Shown here: positions 10,566-25,266 of the stretch, piece by piece | Layout: every line of letters begins with the position of its first letter | How positions within the stretch are numbered: position 1 is the stretch's first letter | NCBI GenBank assembly: GCA_973895155.1 | Contig: OZ316894.1 | Span: 1,504,457-1,568,456 of the forward strand | Reading direction: 5' to 3' | Length of the DNA: 64,000 nucleotides | Source: Marsupella aquatica | Taxonomy: Eukaryota; Plantae; Marchantiophyta | Translations under genes and position numbers: made by a program | Notes under the pieces: model-generated | What the model was told of the DNA's origin: nothing | The model's database searches: none | What the model saw: the letters and a program-made list of their open reading frames with translations, nothing else

Positions 10566-12588
10566 GGACTCCGTAATCGTTGGTCTGGTGTAATGCTCGG
10601 TCGACGCCCTAAAGCGGAATTTCACAGCCCCGAAAGAGCTTCTTCTCGCTCACGTCTCGAGCACTTACAACGGATCCACCTGTGATAGAATGAGGACCCC
10701 GCAGCTTGATACACTCGCCAATTCTCGACAATAATATAGGCCCAGCGAGTGTCGCTAAGGACACCACCACCAAAGCATTCACGCACCCGACCCGACACAA
10801 ATTGAGGGCGACTAGTGTGCTGCTCGGACGACACGGACGAGCTGCGAGATCGTGCAATCTGCAAGCGCTACAAGCGCGAGCCCTTTGTCTGCGTACGAGA
10901 GGAACTCTTCGCCCAAGGACTAACCAGAGAGCAGGACTCGTACAAAACACGCGCGCACGTCAACGACGGCAGCGAAAGCAGGTCATGCAAAGAATGGGAC
11001 ACGAATGCGAACGCGTAACTCGAAGCTCGAGACCAATTTCCCCTCTGAGAACGAGAGAGATCGCTCCAGGCAGCAGCGGCAAAATGATGAACAAGTCGAC
11101 GCCAAGTTTAAAGAAGGACGAGAGAAGCTACTACTATCACCCAAGTGCGGAGGGAATGCGACTCGTAGAAGAAGAAGCGAATGAGTGACGGAGCAGGCAG
11201 GCAGGAAGGAGTGAAGGCCGGCAGAACAGCCCGAGAGGTTGGTCTCAATCAATCAGGAAGAGAACAGCAGAGAAGTAGAAAGGATCGTCACAGCAGCAGC
11301 AGATGATTGTGATCCGTGATGATACACAACAATTTACCCCACCAGGCGGCGCTTCTTTCCGCTATAAGAATGATGAGAGAGACTAGAGAGAGCCCGAGCG
11401 ACTGAGCGAGAGCGAGAGCGAGGGAGCTACTGGTCTTCCCCAATATTCGGCCGGCATACTACAGTACAACTTCCACTCATTCATTCATTCATTATTAATA
11501 ATAATCCTGCTCTCTATGACATCTATGTCCAGACTAATCACTGATAGTTTATGACTTTCTCCTCCACGTAAACTACAGTACCTAGCGGCTAGCGAGCTCC
11601 AATTGCCTTTCACACTTTCGGTCAAGCAGTCATCAATCAGCCCACTCTACCCCTTCCCTGAATCCCTTCTCTTCTCTAGTTCTCTGCACTTCTTCGCTTC
11701 ACTGGACTGGACTTCAATGCTCTGGACTGCTGCAGCAGCAGCCATGCAATGCAATGCAACATTGCAACGCGACTACGCGAGGCCAGTAGCCCAGTCGTCA
11801 GGAGCTACCATAGCTCTCGCTCCAACGAACTCTCAGTGATGAGCATAGGCTGGCTGGCTTTGCCTGGTGCGAGCTACAGTCCAGGGGCAACTGCGGGCTA
11901 CAGGAACGAGAAAGCCTCGCGGACATTCAGCAGCACAAGCCGCCACGAACACGAGAGGAATGTGGTCCGGATCAGCGCTACGCTCCAAAGCTGCCGAGCC
12001 GCAGCCTCGGCTGCCTGCCTACCGCCTGCCCAGTTGTCCCTAAACGCCCGACTGCCTGCGTCGGCACTCATCACTCCTAATGGGGACGGGGGGCGAGCCT
12101 GTTCGCCCTTGGCAGCCAGACAGAGGGACGGACGCACGTCGCACACCATTTTCATTCCATTCATTTATTTATTTATTCATTTTATTTACTTGATTGATCT
12201 ACTTTATTAATTTAAATCGAATTTCTTGTTTTCTGGGACGAATGCAAATGTGGTTTAGACGTAAGCTTGGCTGAGGTCTTTATTCAAACCTGTTTTTCAG
12301 ATAGGACTTCTAAACTTACATGAAACCTTAAAGAACATGAATGTCGACTAGAGATGACACAGTTTTCTTAGGGAAAGGTACTTTGATGTGAAATAGGGTT
12401 TGGATTGGAGAACCATCCGAGTTTATGACTCGAGGTCTTGAGAACAGATCAAAGTCAGCCAAATTGTATTCTTTTATAGGATTCTTGTTCTTAAAATGTT
12501 TTATTTAATCTGATGAAACTCAGTGACATGACTTGTTACTGCGACCGAACCTACTTCCTTACTTTTATTCTTTGAAATATTGTTTCTG

Positions 12589-13025
12589 TAGGGAGAATAA
12601 ACCCAAGAATTTACTATAACGGGGCACCCACCTCCTGACTTTTGCTCATTGGATGGTTATATCTATAGGGAGAATAAAGAATGTACTATAACCAGGCAGC
12701 CCACCAAGTGAAAGAATACCCAGAGCTCTAAATGGAACTATGGGGGAATTGATTTTGCCTGCTGGTTGGAGCTGGCTGCCTAGGGGAGAGAAAAATATGT
12801 TTAAAAACACTACTATAACGGGGGAGCCCACCAAGTGAGGGAATACCCAGACCTCCAATAGAACTAAGGGGGAACTGTTTTTGCTCTGCTGGTTGGAGGT
12901 GGGTGTCTAGGGGATAGAAAAATACTATAACAGGGGCGCCCACCAAGTGAGAGAATAACGAGAGCTCCAATGGAACTAAGGTGGAATTGGTTTTGCCTGG
13001 TTGCAGCTGGGCGTCTAGGGGAGAC
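12589..13025. repeat. Degenerate minisatellite, ~110-125 bp unit, ~4 copies
   Basis: Recurring tagggga...tactataac..gg..cccaccaagtga..gaata...gaacta.gg.ggaa...ttttgc..tggttg.ag.tgg. Confidence 0.75.
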
Positions 13026-16000
13026 AAAACTATGCTTAAACTTTTTCGATATTTGTTTGACACGGAAAACTGAGTAAACCTGAATACCAGACTTCCAACG
13101 AGGAACAGTATAGCTACCCTACACTAGTTACTATAGGAAAGTTAGAGCCCCAGCAGTAGCCATTCTCCTAGTCCAGAGTCTTGAGAATATACAACAATTC
13201 AATTATATGTTTGTGTGTCAATGTGCAAGGCTTTTCAGCAGGTAGTAGCGAGAACTGATGGGCCAGGGCGGGAGGACAGGGGAACCCTGAGTTTGCAACG
13301 GTGCAATACAAAACCCCCACACTCCCAAAGTGGACAACATGGTACTCATCCAGGACTGGAGTTGGAGAGAAATCATTTTTCTACCCGGCCTTGCAGGAAC
13401 CAGCATAAATATGGGATTGCGATGGTACAGAGAAGAGCATGAGTAAGAGTGAAGGAGTTGGCACAGTAGCCCGTCAAGAGGAAAACGAGCATTGGTTAAG
13501 TCTGTTTGTGATGGTCGGTCAGGGGCGTGGTTGATCATGCATAGGTGTGTACCAATGGGCTGGCAAAATACCCTATGTGTGACTTCATGAAAATTCTTGA
13601 CAACCTTAGCTACTATAGGAACATTTTAAACATTTTTTTCAGAAATTGGAAGCTTTGTTTCTACCAGATCAATGCAACAAAGGACCATCGAATCAAAGAA
13701 AGCCATTTGCAAGTTCTCCCTATTCAATGTTTGTGGAAAATTCTCAAGAGAGCCCATAAAATTTCCTAATGCTTCCATTTAAAAGTATACCTTTCACAGT
13801 TCTAAACAACAAAATCCAGGAGACAAGACACCAAGGGAAGGAGACATGAAGAGGAGAAAACAAAGGGGAAAATCAGAGACGGACTATTCTAAAATGGCCC
13901 AATAAAGAGAAGGAAACAAAGTAAACGCCATTTTCAGAAATCACTGGTTTAAAAGGGAAAACAAGTGAGATAGGGACTCTTATAAAATGGCAGGCTGGCA
14001 AACCGGGCACGTACTGTACACTAACCATACGGTACAAAGTACAAACCCGTAGGGCTGCCGCAGGTACCTACGATCACCAACTGTACTCTCCTTGCTACCA
14101 ACCATAGTTACCGTGCAAAGTGCAAAGGTACCATGAGTCCCCTGCATCTGTCTACAGTCGTACTGCAGGTGAACGGTAAACCACACTGGCGAATGCGGGA
14201 AAGGAGAAAAGGAGCGCAGCGTGGTGGTCACTTACTGGTAAGGTAACCCCGGTCAGAACCGTACCCAGCCGGTTGTCGTCAGACTTGGTGCCAGTCATCA
14301 TGGCAACTGATGGGAGCGAATCCCATCTAGCGGACACCGATAAATGTCCGTTATAATTAGAGAGTGCAATAGTCCACCCTTCTACCTTTCGGTTTACCCT
14401 TTTGGGCTTGAAAAGAACATGATTGGTCTCGAAGAAATCAGAGCCCATTCTCTCCCTTTCTCTTTGAGAATTTTCTCGAAAAAGGTTTTTGCATTTTTAG
14501 CGGCAAGAAGACTAACCGAGGCTCGATTACAGCAACTTATAAATCTAGACATGCTTGCAACATGGCGTCCTGTCCTGATACCCACGAGAGAGGAGATGGA
14601 CAGCAATCACACGAGAGAAGTCGTCCTCCATGTTGGTATCTCACCAGGGGTACAACATTGAGAGACATGTTATGGTTGTTCGTGTGTTAAAGTGGGAACA
14701 TGGGTCACATTTTTGGTGTGTTTCCACACATATCAATCAATGGGCTCATGTGCAGTTGCCCCCCCCCCCCCCCCCTTCCCATCAGACACTCACCCTCTTA
14801 GATTATCATGTGCGGTCAAGGGGGTGTACTTTTGTGTTTTGACCTTCCTTTATTTAGCTGTGCTGGATTGTGCTGGGGTGGGAGAGACTTCAGCACATGC
14901 CTTTGTCCTGCCTGCAAAGACAATTTTACTTTTCTTTTTCCTCTTTCAGAAAGGGACCTCTTCAGCCCAATTTTAAATAATCTGAAAATGGCTTTGAGCA
15001 CATGAGGCACTCGTCCTGGTGGCTTACAGTAGCTTTGTCAATGGCACAGGTTTCTTTCCGTGGCTTTGGAAGTTGCTCTGCCAAAGAGCCTTCGGCCAGC
15101 CCAGGTTCCTTCCATATATCCTTTGGGGCTGTGCCTATGATCCAAGTTCTTTCCAAGCATGTCCTTGGCAGCAGGCAGGCAAGCTGTCCCAAAAGCTCAA
15201 CTTAAAGTAGTTGGAGCTACAGTTGCACCGCTTTTCTTTTCTTATTTCCTTTTATTTAGAAGAAAACCTGGTAAGAGCCCGGACAGTGTTCACCAGTCAG
15301 TCTTACTAATTCTATTTCAGTGAGGGAGGTAGGCTAACCATGGTTAGTTTTGGAGTGACCCTATTTTCCTGTGGGGCTAATATTATTATTAGAGTGAACT
15401 ATGCTGATGAATATGCTTATGAATAAGGATGGGCGTAGGGAGTCTTGGTACAGATAACCTTTCCTATGCATGCTAGCCCTTCCTATGCATATGCACGGGT
15501 ATTCAGGCGGTATGCCTGGTTCCAAGACTTTACACTCCTAAAAGCAACGGATGAGGTTTCTCCTTTGAAAAATAGGACCAGCAGAAAAGAGAACTTTACA
15601 TTGTGATGTGGGTGTTTTGTTATTCAAAGTCTCACACAAGGTACGAATGTATAAGTATAATCACATGCACACCTTTCTGGCCCCTTTCCGACTCAGCACT
15701 CTTATTTCTTTAATTGGCCAGATCCGGACATATATCAGGAATCAAAGGCTCCAAGCCGTCCTAGGCAGCGTCGTTTAGGTGGCACACCTTTGTGAAATGT
15801 GACCTCCCTAAAAACTCTTCTATTAGCTAATTTTACACCTAACCCCAAACCCACTATCGAGAGTGGGACAGCTATCCTTAAATCTAGGGAGATCTAATGA
15901 TGGAAGTGAATCTCAAAGAATTATGTCAAGAAAATTCTTAGCATCTTCTCCTTCACACAAGGTGACACTAGTGAAAAAGAAAACAACCTGGTCATAGGCC

Positions 16001-17112
16001 TTCCTTGGTGGCAGGAAGTCAAAACGGAAATACTAAACAACCAAAAATAAACACCCAATATAGGAATGCCACAACATAAAAAGGAATTCTTTATCTGGAG
16101 GACCTCGTCCTCTGGCAAAGACACTTACCACTAAGTTCCCTAGCAGCCTAACTTCATCATTTCATTCAAGACCTTTTTGGTCAGTTTTGTGGTGCCTTTA
16201 ATGCTTGCAGTCAGCTTGGGTGGATCTTTTGTGAGACGAGAATAATTTCATTCCCCACTTTTTGTGAAGGTGAACCTGGCACCTACCTGAATACCTGTGG
16301 GTTTGGTCAGCCCATAGCCACAGTGGCCCAGTAGATCACTATGGTACTTATGTTGAAATGATTCAACCAGTTGGGTTCACAAGGCGTTTTCATAAATAGC
16401 GTAAAATACCAGTGCCTGTGCACATAAAGTCTTTATACTCAGACTGCCCTTGTCCATCACTACTCAGAAGTATACTCTAAGTATTGAAATTTTCTGTTAT
16501 CAGAGAAATTATTGCTTACTGCTCCACTCTACTCTGCTCTGCTCATCACCTATAGACTGATCCCAAGTTGTAGTATGGATTGTACGTACTGACAATAAGT
16601 TCCTTATGTAAGGTCAATTAGCAAGGAAGGCCATGATCTTGAGCATACCTCACACCCCTCTACTCTCAAATATCTATGTACACCCAGTTGTTTTCTTTTG
16701 GCATGGAGAATGTCAACACTCATCATGTGAAAACTAAGTTGGAAATAGAAGGAAACAGTGGGAACTCAGCTGATTCAGAAATCAGCTGAATGATTTGATC
16801 TATCCAGTATACTTAGCAATTACAAACTACTGTACCTAAATAAGATCAGTATGATAGCTTGGCTAAATTACATGTTCCACAACTCAAGGGGAAATTAGAG
16901 GTCACAATTTCCATGAGTTTGTATAATTGTCTAGTGTGTCACATTTGGAACATCTTGAAAATGTTAACCCAAACCCTTTTGCCGGATATTATCACCCCAA
17001 TTTAAACAAAAAATGACTACCCTTCAGATTTTTCCAATAATATATCCCATTCTACGATCATTAAGTATTGTCTCCTCTGGGAAATTCAAGGTGGGGTGAT
17101 TCTTATGGACCT

Positions 17113-18218
17113 AACCCACAAGCTAAATGAAGGTTAGTTGATCTCATAGCAAGGATCAAACTTTCCTGGCACCTACATGGGTAACAACATTTTGCCAAAG
17201 CTCAATAATGACATTTTCAAGGACATTAGAAAAGCACCAAGCTGAATCTAGATTTAACCTGTAGTTGCAGTCACAATTAAATGCCAAAAGTTCAAAAAAC
17301 ATTGGGTGGTACTCAATTTGACAGTTTAGCCCTTCTGTTCTCTAATGCATTCCTGTAATTTGAAGATGACCCTACAATGACCATTGTCCATGAGGAAGAA
17401 GCTTTCACCAGGGAGCAGCACAATTGGGTGGCATAAAGGTGGAATGAGAAAAACGGTAGGGAAGTGAAACCACAAAGCATCTGGGATCAACGTGAAGCAA
17501 GGAAACTTGGCTAACTTAGACACCAATTTGCGTTGTGGGAGCAACAAAAAGGACAAAAGAATAAATCTGAAATCTCGGGGGGGGAGGGGGGGGCACTATA
17601 TGATTTAGGGTTTGAACCCCCTAACTTACAAGTGACCCCCCCCCCCCCTAAACCCTAAACCCTAAACCCTAAACCCTAAACCCACAAGCTAAATGAAGGT
17701 TAGTTGATCTCATAGCAAGGATCAAACTTTCCTGGCACCTACATGGGTAACAACATTTTGCCAAAGCTCAATAATGACATTTTCAAGGACATTAGAAAAG
17801 CACCAAGCTGAATCTAGATTTAACCTGTAGTTGCAGTCACAATTAAATGCCAAAAGTTCAAAAAACATTGGGTGGTACTCAATTTGACAGTTTAGCCCTT
17901 CTGTTCTCTAATGCATTCCTGTAATTTGAAGATGACCCTACAATGACCATTGTCCATGAGGAAGAAGCTTTCACCAGGGAGCAGCACAATTGGGTGGCAT
18001 AAAGGTGGAATGAGAAAAACGGTAGGGAAGTGAAACCACAAAGCATCTGGGATCAACGTGAAGCAAGGAAACTTGGCTAACTTAGACACCAATTTGCGTT
18101 GTGGGAGCAACAAAAAGGACAAAAGAATAAATCTGAAATCTCGGGGGGGGAGGGGGGGGCACTATATGATTTAGGGTTTGAACCCCCTAACTTACAAGTG
18201 ACCCCCCCCCCCCCCCCC
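17113..18218. repeat. Near-perfect tandem duplication (~535 bp unit, 566 bp period)
   Basis: aacccacaagctaaatgaagg... starts at 17113 and 17679. Identical 76-aa ORFs at 17326 and 17892. The visible differences between copies are in homopolymer run lengths. Confidence 0.95.
17646..17680. repeat. Interstitial plant-type telomere repeat (CCCTAAA)5
   Basis: Five perfect ccctaaa units located exactly between the two duplicated copies. Confidence 0.95.
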
Positions 18219-21200
18219 AATATTTTTGCAAAACCCTTTCTTTCTTTCAATTTTGCCATTTTTTAACTAAAAAACCTTAAAAACTTTAAGAAAGTAGTTT
18301 TGGCTTGCAATTTCAAGATCTTTCTAAGAGCCAATTAGTAAAAAAAAAACATTGGAATCTCCTGAGCCAACCAGTCAAAAAAACATGCCCTTTGTGTTCT
18401 TCCACAAAAAGCCTTCCGCTAAACTCATTTAAATGGGCTTATATTTTGTCGCATGTGATGTGTCATTTCCATGAAAATGACCCCCAATCTGAAATCCAAG
18501 GTTCAGTTGGTGTTCATTCTCAAACTCCCAATTGCTACATTCATTTTAAAGCATGTCATCATTACAGCTGATAGCTTTTGGTCATAAAAAAAAGACTAAC
18601 TTTTTTCACATGGTTTTTTAAACACGATTTTTTTAGTTTTCCTTCTCTAGCCTCCTGTGTCTTTATGCTCAATGCATATCATTCTTTACGGGCACAAAGT
18701 CATGGACCCCTTATTGTGCATCTAGACCATCTTCCCCCTTGCCCCTTGCAATGAGAATGTTTCTGTCCTCTTGGAAATGTTTTCAATATACTAATATGTC
18801 GCAAGGGCCCCTCAAGACACCTTGCCCTGACTCTAGAATCTTGGAGTACTCCTGACCTCAATTCCTCTCTCATGATAAGATGACAGCGTGGGATGTCCCT
18901 ACCGCAATGAGATTCCACAAAGGACTTTAATGACATGGGACTTACCAAGCTGAATTTTTCTGCGTGCTCTAACAAGCAATTTCTCCAGTTTTTTGTGACT
19001 GTATTATATATGCTCTCTCACACTTCCTATGGGAAAGTAAAGTAGGCATAAGATTTTGTAAGAGAGTGGAAGATGGACATTTCAGTAATCTGCTAAAAGA
19101 AAAAGTAGTAGAGACTTAGAACAGCATCAAGAAAAAAGTTGGATAGTTTTATTAGACCTATCTGTACCCTAGTTGCTTTCATGTGTGTTGGTGCTTCTTT
19201 GAAAAACTTTGATACATCTACTGTATTTGGTTGCCAATAATATTTCCATGCAGATCTTTCCTTGTGTGCTGATTCTGTCATGTCGTGCCACCTTTTGTCA
19301 AGAAAGAGCCCCAGACATGCCTGATTCACCCAGCTTGCGGATAAATCGTATTTTGAAAATTTTCTTTTAAACTTGCACCTTAAACAGGCACAAGCTTTAA
19401 GGATGGGTCTATTACCTTCAAGACTGTCTATTCCTCCTCTTGAAAGGATGTAGGGAAGTTAACATAACTTTTCTGTTAATGATTTGGTTGGAATGGTTGA
19501 TTCTCATCCATGTTCAAAGTAAACATGAACCACTAAGTATAAGTCTAGACTTTTCAAGACATTCCCATTTTAGTCTCCCTTATTCATGGTGCAATTCATT
19601 CTTTAACATGTTCATTTGACTAGAACATTTTGAAAGTTCACTGAGACTGATGGCTATTTTTTCATGATTTCGAGCTTGTCTTCAATGATTTCATGCTGCT
19701 TCAATTGAGTAGAAGCTCCAGCTGCTCAATACTATTTCTTTGTTGGACTCGCAATTTCAAGATGCAAAACTCAACCTCACTTTTGATGAGCTAATAGATC
19801 TTGAAATTGCAAGCCAAAAAGAGGACATTCCTTTCGCCCCCCTACATGACTCCATTACCAGCGCGGACCAAGTGGAGGGCAACCGGGTTCATGCTGTATG
19901 GGTTGGAGATGCTCTTACACATTACATGATTGTGTGTATATAGGTACACTGGATGGCAACCACTGATTCTACAGTGAATGTCCACTGGAATAAATAATCC
20001 TAGATTTGTTTCGCAGCACATCTTGTTGAATATTCATATTCTCATGGTCCCATCTGTGTCATTCGCTGGTGCCATTAATGTGTCCTCTCTTTTTGCCCAC
20101 ACAATGACCTCAGCGTACCTTTTGCCACCCACACACAGTGCTCCAGAAAATGGCTATTTAACAGAAAAGATCCGTTGCATCTGTGGATAAAAATCAGGGA
20201 AATTGGTCCTGTCGTGGGCTGATAATTCACCGTTGGATCTAGAGATCTGCGGAACTCGGAATTTTGCGTGCTTTTCGAGAGGAATGAGAGGTTTTTATCG
20301 ACGTGGGTCTCTCTGGGCCATCAGAGCCTCAGATGGACGGTCACTTTTGGAAGCGCAGGAAAAGGGGTCTAAAAAACGGTCCGCGTGCGTCAGATAAAGA
20401 GCATTTTTGGCGTGTTTCGATCCAGACACCGCATTTATTTGATTTGGTGGGAATGATTTCGACGACGGGAGCATTACTCGGCAGGTCGTGCATTGTCAGC
20501 ATAGTCACGAAGTGCTGAGGATTTCAGGGCGTGTGGGTCAGAAATGACCTTTTTGACGTGTTGTTTCAAGCTGCCCCGTTCATGGCTCATTGACGGCGAG
20601 ATAGTACCCCAGCCAGGATTCGTATTAATTTCCGATCGTTACATGCTCCCATATTTACGGTGAATCGTCAGATTCTAGCTAACTGGGTCTGGCCAGGTGT
20701 GAGACTGGATAATGGAGGACTAAAAGGGTGGCTCAGTGGCTACGACTTTTCCAGTGAGGTGCGTTTTGTGAAATTTAGGCCACTAAAATAAATGCTGCAG
20801 GGAGATTGTGCATTATCGGTAAGCTGAGGAGTTCAGGCCTTCAGGTCACGAAGTTTAGAAAAGATCTTTCTTGGCGTGTTGTTTCAATCTGGGCCATTTA
20901 TGGCGCTCATGGACGGTGAGATAGGATTCATCCAGGCTCATTAAGGTACTTCTTTCCTCCAGAGTCCAGAGTGGACCTGGTATAAAGGAGAAAATGCCAA
21001 GCATATTGATTATCGACACTGTATACTCTAATTACTGTGACACTGATGAGAGCACAAATATTTGGGCTCTACCTATCATTCACAATAATTGTGATATTAC
21101 ATTAATTTTGGAGTGTATCATTAGTGCTACTTTTGGTCCTAAAAGTAAAATAGTGGAAGAAAACTAATTTAGAAAATTCACAAGAATTAGTAGTACTTAT

Positions 21201-21739
21201 ACTCAAAATAGCTTGTATTTATTAGCACTTAAATACAGGCGAAAACTATTCGGAGCTAACCAGCGTTAGTGTTGCTTTGGATTCAAGGTAGCTTTCACCA
21301 AAACCAGGGTTAGTAACACTACTTTGGTAGTAATGCTAATTCTTACGGAGTACAAATTACAGTGAACACTATGATTTTTCAAGACTAATTTTATTAGCTG
21401 TCTACAGTTGATTTATGAATTATACGCTAGATTCAGTCTAATTAAGTCGAGATACCCTATACTCCGAAAAGGTCTTTAGTTTGTTTAAAAAATGAGAAAT
21501 AGATGGGAGCCAGTTTTGTGCCTTTATCAAAATCTACTTTTTTGCACCCTCGTATCCACCCATACACCCTTTGTATCTCATCTTTCTATCCAAGCTGCCC
21601 TGAGCCTGCCATTGCCAGCCTAATAGATATTTAACTTTGAACAGAATATGTATTTATTTAAAAATGAAGAAACTAAAAAAAATACTCCATCTTGTCACAC
21701 AGTCTTTTTTGGACTCTGCCACACGGTGGTTGTCTTGCA

Positions 21740-21897
21740 TTCCCACTCCCTAATATTTGCACTCTAAGACAACAACATTTTCACAAACCTGATTGAGTTA
21801 GACCCAATTGGAGCTGTCTCACTTTCCCACTCCTTAATATTTGTGCTCTTAGACAACAACATTTTCACAACCTGATTGCTTTAGACCCAATTGGAGC
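21740..21897. repeat. ~84-bp tandem duplication
   Basis: ttcccactcc.taatatttg..ctct.agacaacaacattttcacaa.cctgattg..ttagacccaattggagc occurs twice. Confidence 0.8.
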
Positions 21898-24800
21898 ACG
21901 ACACTTTTTTGTTGCACTTGCAATTCTCTACCTTACCATTACATTTATGTGCAACAAGAAAGGGGAGATAGAGGGGAAAGTTTGCTAAAATAAGACACAA
22001 TTGCAATGACAATAGTCGAACACATGAGAACACATGAGGATCGACAACATGATTGCAACAACATCATGGTCTCAATGAAAACATGGCTGTAACAACACAT
22101 AAGATAACTCAGCTTGTCTCACCTTCATTTCTTTACCTCAACTGGACTTCATGACCAAAATGACCACATGGCTATGAACTCCTGGCCACAACATTGCATG
22201 ACCAATGTTGCTTGAAAAAATGGTCACCACCCACCAAGGCATTGAGGTCTGATTGATAAAGTTTTCTTGTCTCACTTGCATTTCCTTGTCTCTCTTTTAC
22301 ATCTTTAACTCACCTGGACATCTATTCCCCTCCTCAAAATCTTTGTCTCAACTTCAAGTTTTTGCCTGTACTTGACTTCTTTCCTTCTCTCTTGACATCT
22401 CACGGGCAATGCACAAGCATGCAGTTAGTATATATATATTTATATTGTCAATTGATTGTCATTCTACCTTTGAGGATTGCCAGGATGGACCAAGCTTGTG
22501 TCTCACAATGACTCTTCTCTCCTGTGAAATGACATCCCCCATAGGACTTGCATCTTACAGGTAGCTCACATGGAGTTTTTGCATTCACAAGAATTGAGCA
22601 GTTCTATTTAGGTGAGCTCCAAGTTTTTAGGTTATTTGGGAATGAAAACCTCTTAGTGTAATATTTTTGCATTACTTAATTTTTTTGCTGGCCATGCACG
22701 TAGCCAGAGGGGGTGAAACACATACTTTCAGTGTCTGAGTTTACATATATTTGTTCATCGGTTTGTCCACATGTGTTGACGTTGTGCTGTTCAGTCTAGA
22801 TTTATCCCAATATTTGGGGCCTATTTAGTTAATAAATTTGAAAAAAATAGGATTCCCAAAGCTTTCTCATGAACCTCATCAAACCAATTAGATTTAAGAG
22901 AGTGAAGGAAATGAAGGAAATGAAAAAGGGAAATAACAACATGAGATAGGATTGGGGACAAAACACAGAAACAGGTGGAACATTGGGTGGGCAAGAAGGG
23001 GAAAAATTGGGGTTGAATTTTGGTTTAACTAACATTATACATAAATTGTCTCATTCAATCATTAACAATGGGCCAACACAAAAAAGTGAATGTCACTACT
23101 TTTCAACTAAGCCTGTTGCCTGTAGAGCTCACTCTTGAGCTGACTGTGAGCCTCATCTTGCTGGTTGTAGGAAATGTTTGGTTTGAAGTGCCACCAGATG
23201 ACATCAAGGCCTGCGTAATAAGGTACAAAGAAGGTCTACTTGGTGGACATTGTAGTGAGATAAAGGATGCCGCTGAGGCAGCATTAAAAATGAGCTCCAA
23301 CAAGTTATGTGGGAGGACATGTTTTAGTTTACTCACAAGCATGGGGGTCCACAAACTAATTGGTCCTTTATAGGGAAGGGTGCACAGTCCACATTTGCAT
23401 AGGGACATTACAAAACTACTCCTCTATATTCTAAAAATAATAAAACTTCAACAACTTATGCTTCTAAGTATATTGACACCCTGGTACGAGGGGCATTTTA
23501 GGCAATGATGGCCCCTCACAACTCAAGCTAGAGCCCTCATTTCTTGGCGTCGCATGCAGTCAAGGGTGTAGGGTGGCAAAGTATTGGGCACACCCAGTGC
23601 AAACTCTCCCAAAATGCTGCTGCAAAAAAGAAGTAAGATGATGCAGTATGGAGAAATGTTGTGAGGCAGAGGCAGCAGATGTCTGAACTTTAAATTTTGT
23701 TAGGAGGGATGGGAGAAGGCCTTGTTACTCCCTTTGGGTTTCTCCCTCTTCTAACTCACTTACTGCTGGTAATTGAAACTTCCTGCAATGTACAAAACTT
23801 GCAACCCACCAAGAAAATAGTGCATGAATGCGCCTCACTAAGCTGGCTTTTGTTGTGCTGTGCAGGATGTCAGGGTTTAGGGTGTAGAGGCAATGGATGG
23901 TAGAGGCAATGGATGTTTGGGCAGACTTCAATTTTTTTCAGGACGGGTGGAGAGGGGTGAGCTTCCCAGTTTGGGCCTCATCCTCTTCTAGCTCAATTGC
24001 TGCTGGTTATAAGAACTTCCCACACCACACACAATCCTTGCCACCCACCAAGAAAGTAGTGCTTGAATGCACCTCACGGCTCACGAAGCTGGTTTCTTTT
24101 GTCTGGGGTCCCACCAAGCTAGTTTCTCTTTTGTGTGGGGGGGCGGGGAGGGGGTGTTCATTTTTTTATGTGGAGCCTCTTACAATTCCTTATGTGGGCC
24201 CTCCTGGTTCCCTCTGACTTATTGTTTGGGTGTCTAGATGTTTGTATCTCTTTGAGATTAATTGGGCTGGGGCTCGACTTGGGATAGGGCCCATCTTTGT
24301 CCTTCGATGCAACAAACCTCTTGGGGGGAGAGTGATGGGTGTGGTCAAATTCTTGCGACATCTGGGACCCATTGGGAAACAATTTGTTAAGATCTCCTTT
24401 ATTCCTCTGACCCTCTCTCCAAAGATCAAAAGGGAGTGATCTCGAAAGAAGGGGCCCCAATGGATGAATGCTGTCAAATGAACGTTACAGAAACAAATCT
24501 CACACATTATCCAACACCCATGTCTTAGTGAATGAATGGGTCCCTCCCATTTTCCCAAAATGTTGTCTCCATAAAGTGAAAGTATAATCTGAAGGTTGGA
24601 TTTCCCACATTGTTGTTCACTTCTCGAGGAAAGGATTAAGGATGTCCTTTTTTCGGTTGTTGCATGCGTTGGAAGTCAACCTCAAGACTCCTCAACAGTT
24701 TTCTGGAAGTGGGTATGAGATCTATGCGGAATGGAATATCTGAAGGTAAAATATTCAGGTTTCCTTGAACAAGTCATCCAACTGGTTTGTTTTTGTTGGT

Positions 24801-25090
24801 CTGGTTGACGCGCAAAGCCAGACCAGAAAACCAACTCCATGCAACCAGGGGTGAGTTTTCAGGCCCCAGAAACCCCCATTCACCGAGTTGAGAACATGAA
24901 TGGTGTCAACTTGAGAATGTAGTCAGGAAGGGAAAGCTGTGATTTTGAAAATCAGCAAAAAGATTGGGGACCAGATGATTTCTCCAAACCCTAGTTACAG
25001 GCAAGGTTACAAGCAGTGGTTTTTGGGACCTCAATATGTTGAGCCAAATTGAAGAATTCAACTGTTTTATCAAAGAGGCAATGGTTATGG

Positions 25091-25266
25091 TGTCGTGACA
25101 TATAGTATCCTAGCCATAGTGTATCAAAAACATACAAGTCACCGGCAAGGCATATGTGCAAGCTGCTAGCAACCAACATGCATAGAAAAAGTCCAATCAC
25201 ATTCACAAGTGCCAAGAAAAAGCAAATGAAGTGGTATGTACGTAGTGGAGGTGTAAACCTCTGTAT
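25091..25266. repeat. Repeat A1 (176 bp), terminal
   Basis: Matches 25627-25802 with one substitution seen. Confidence 0.95.

Noticed and set aside
18600-24600. Possible decayed transposon coding sequence and repeated CG-rich motifs (~20545-20610, ~20870-20935)
   Set aside because: Only short broken ORFs; no domain, terminal repeat or TSD I could identify.
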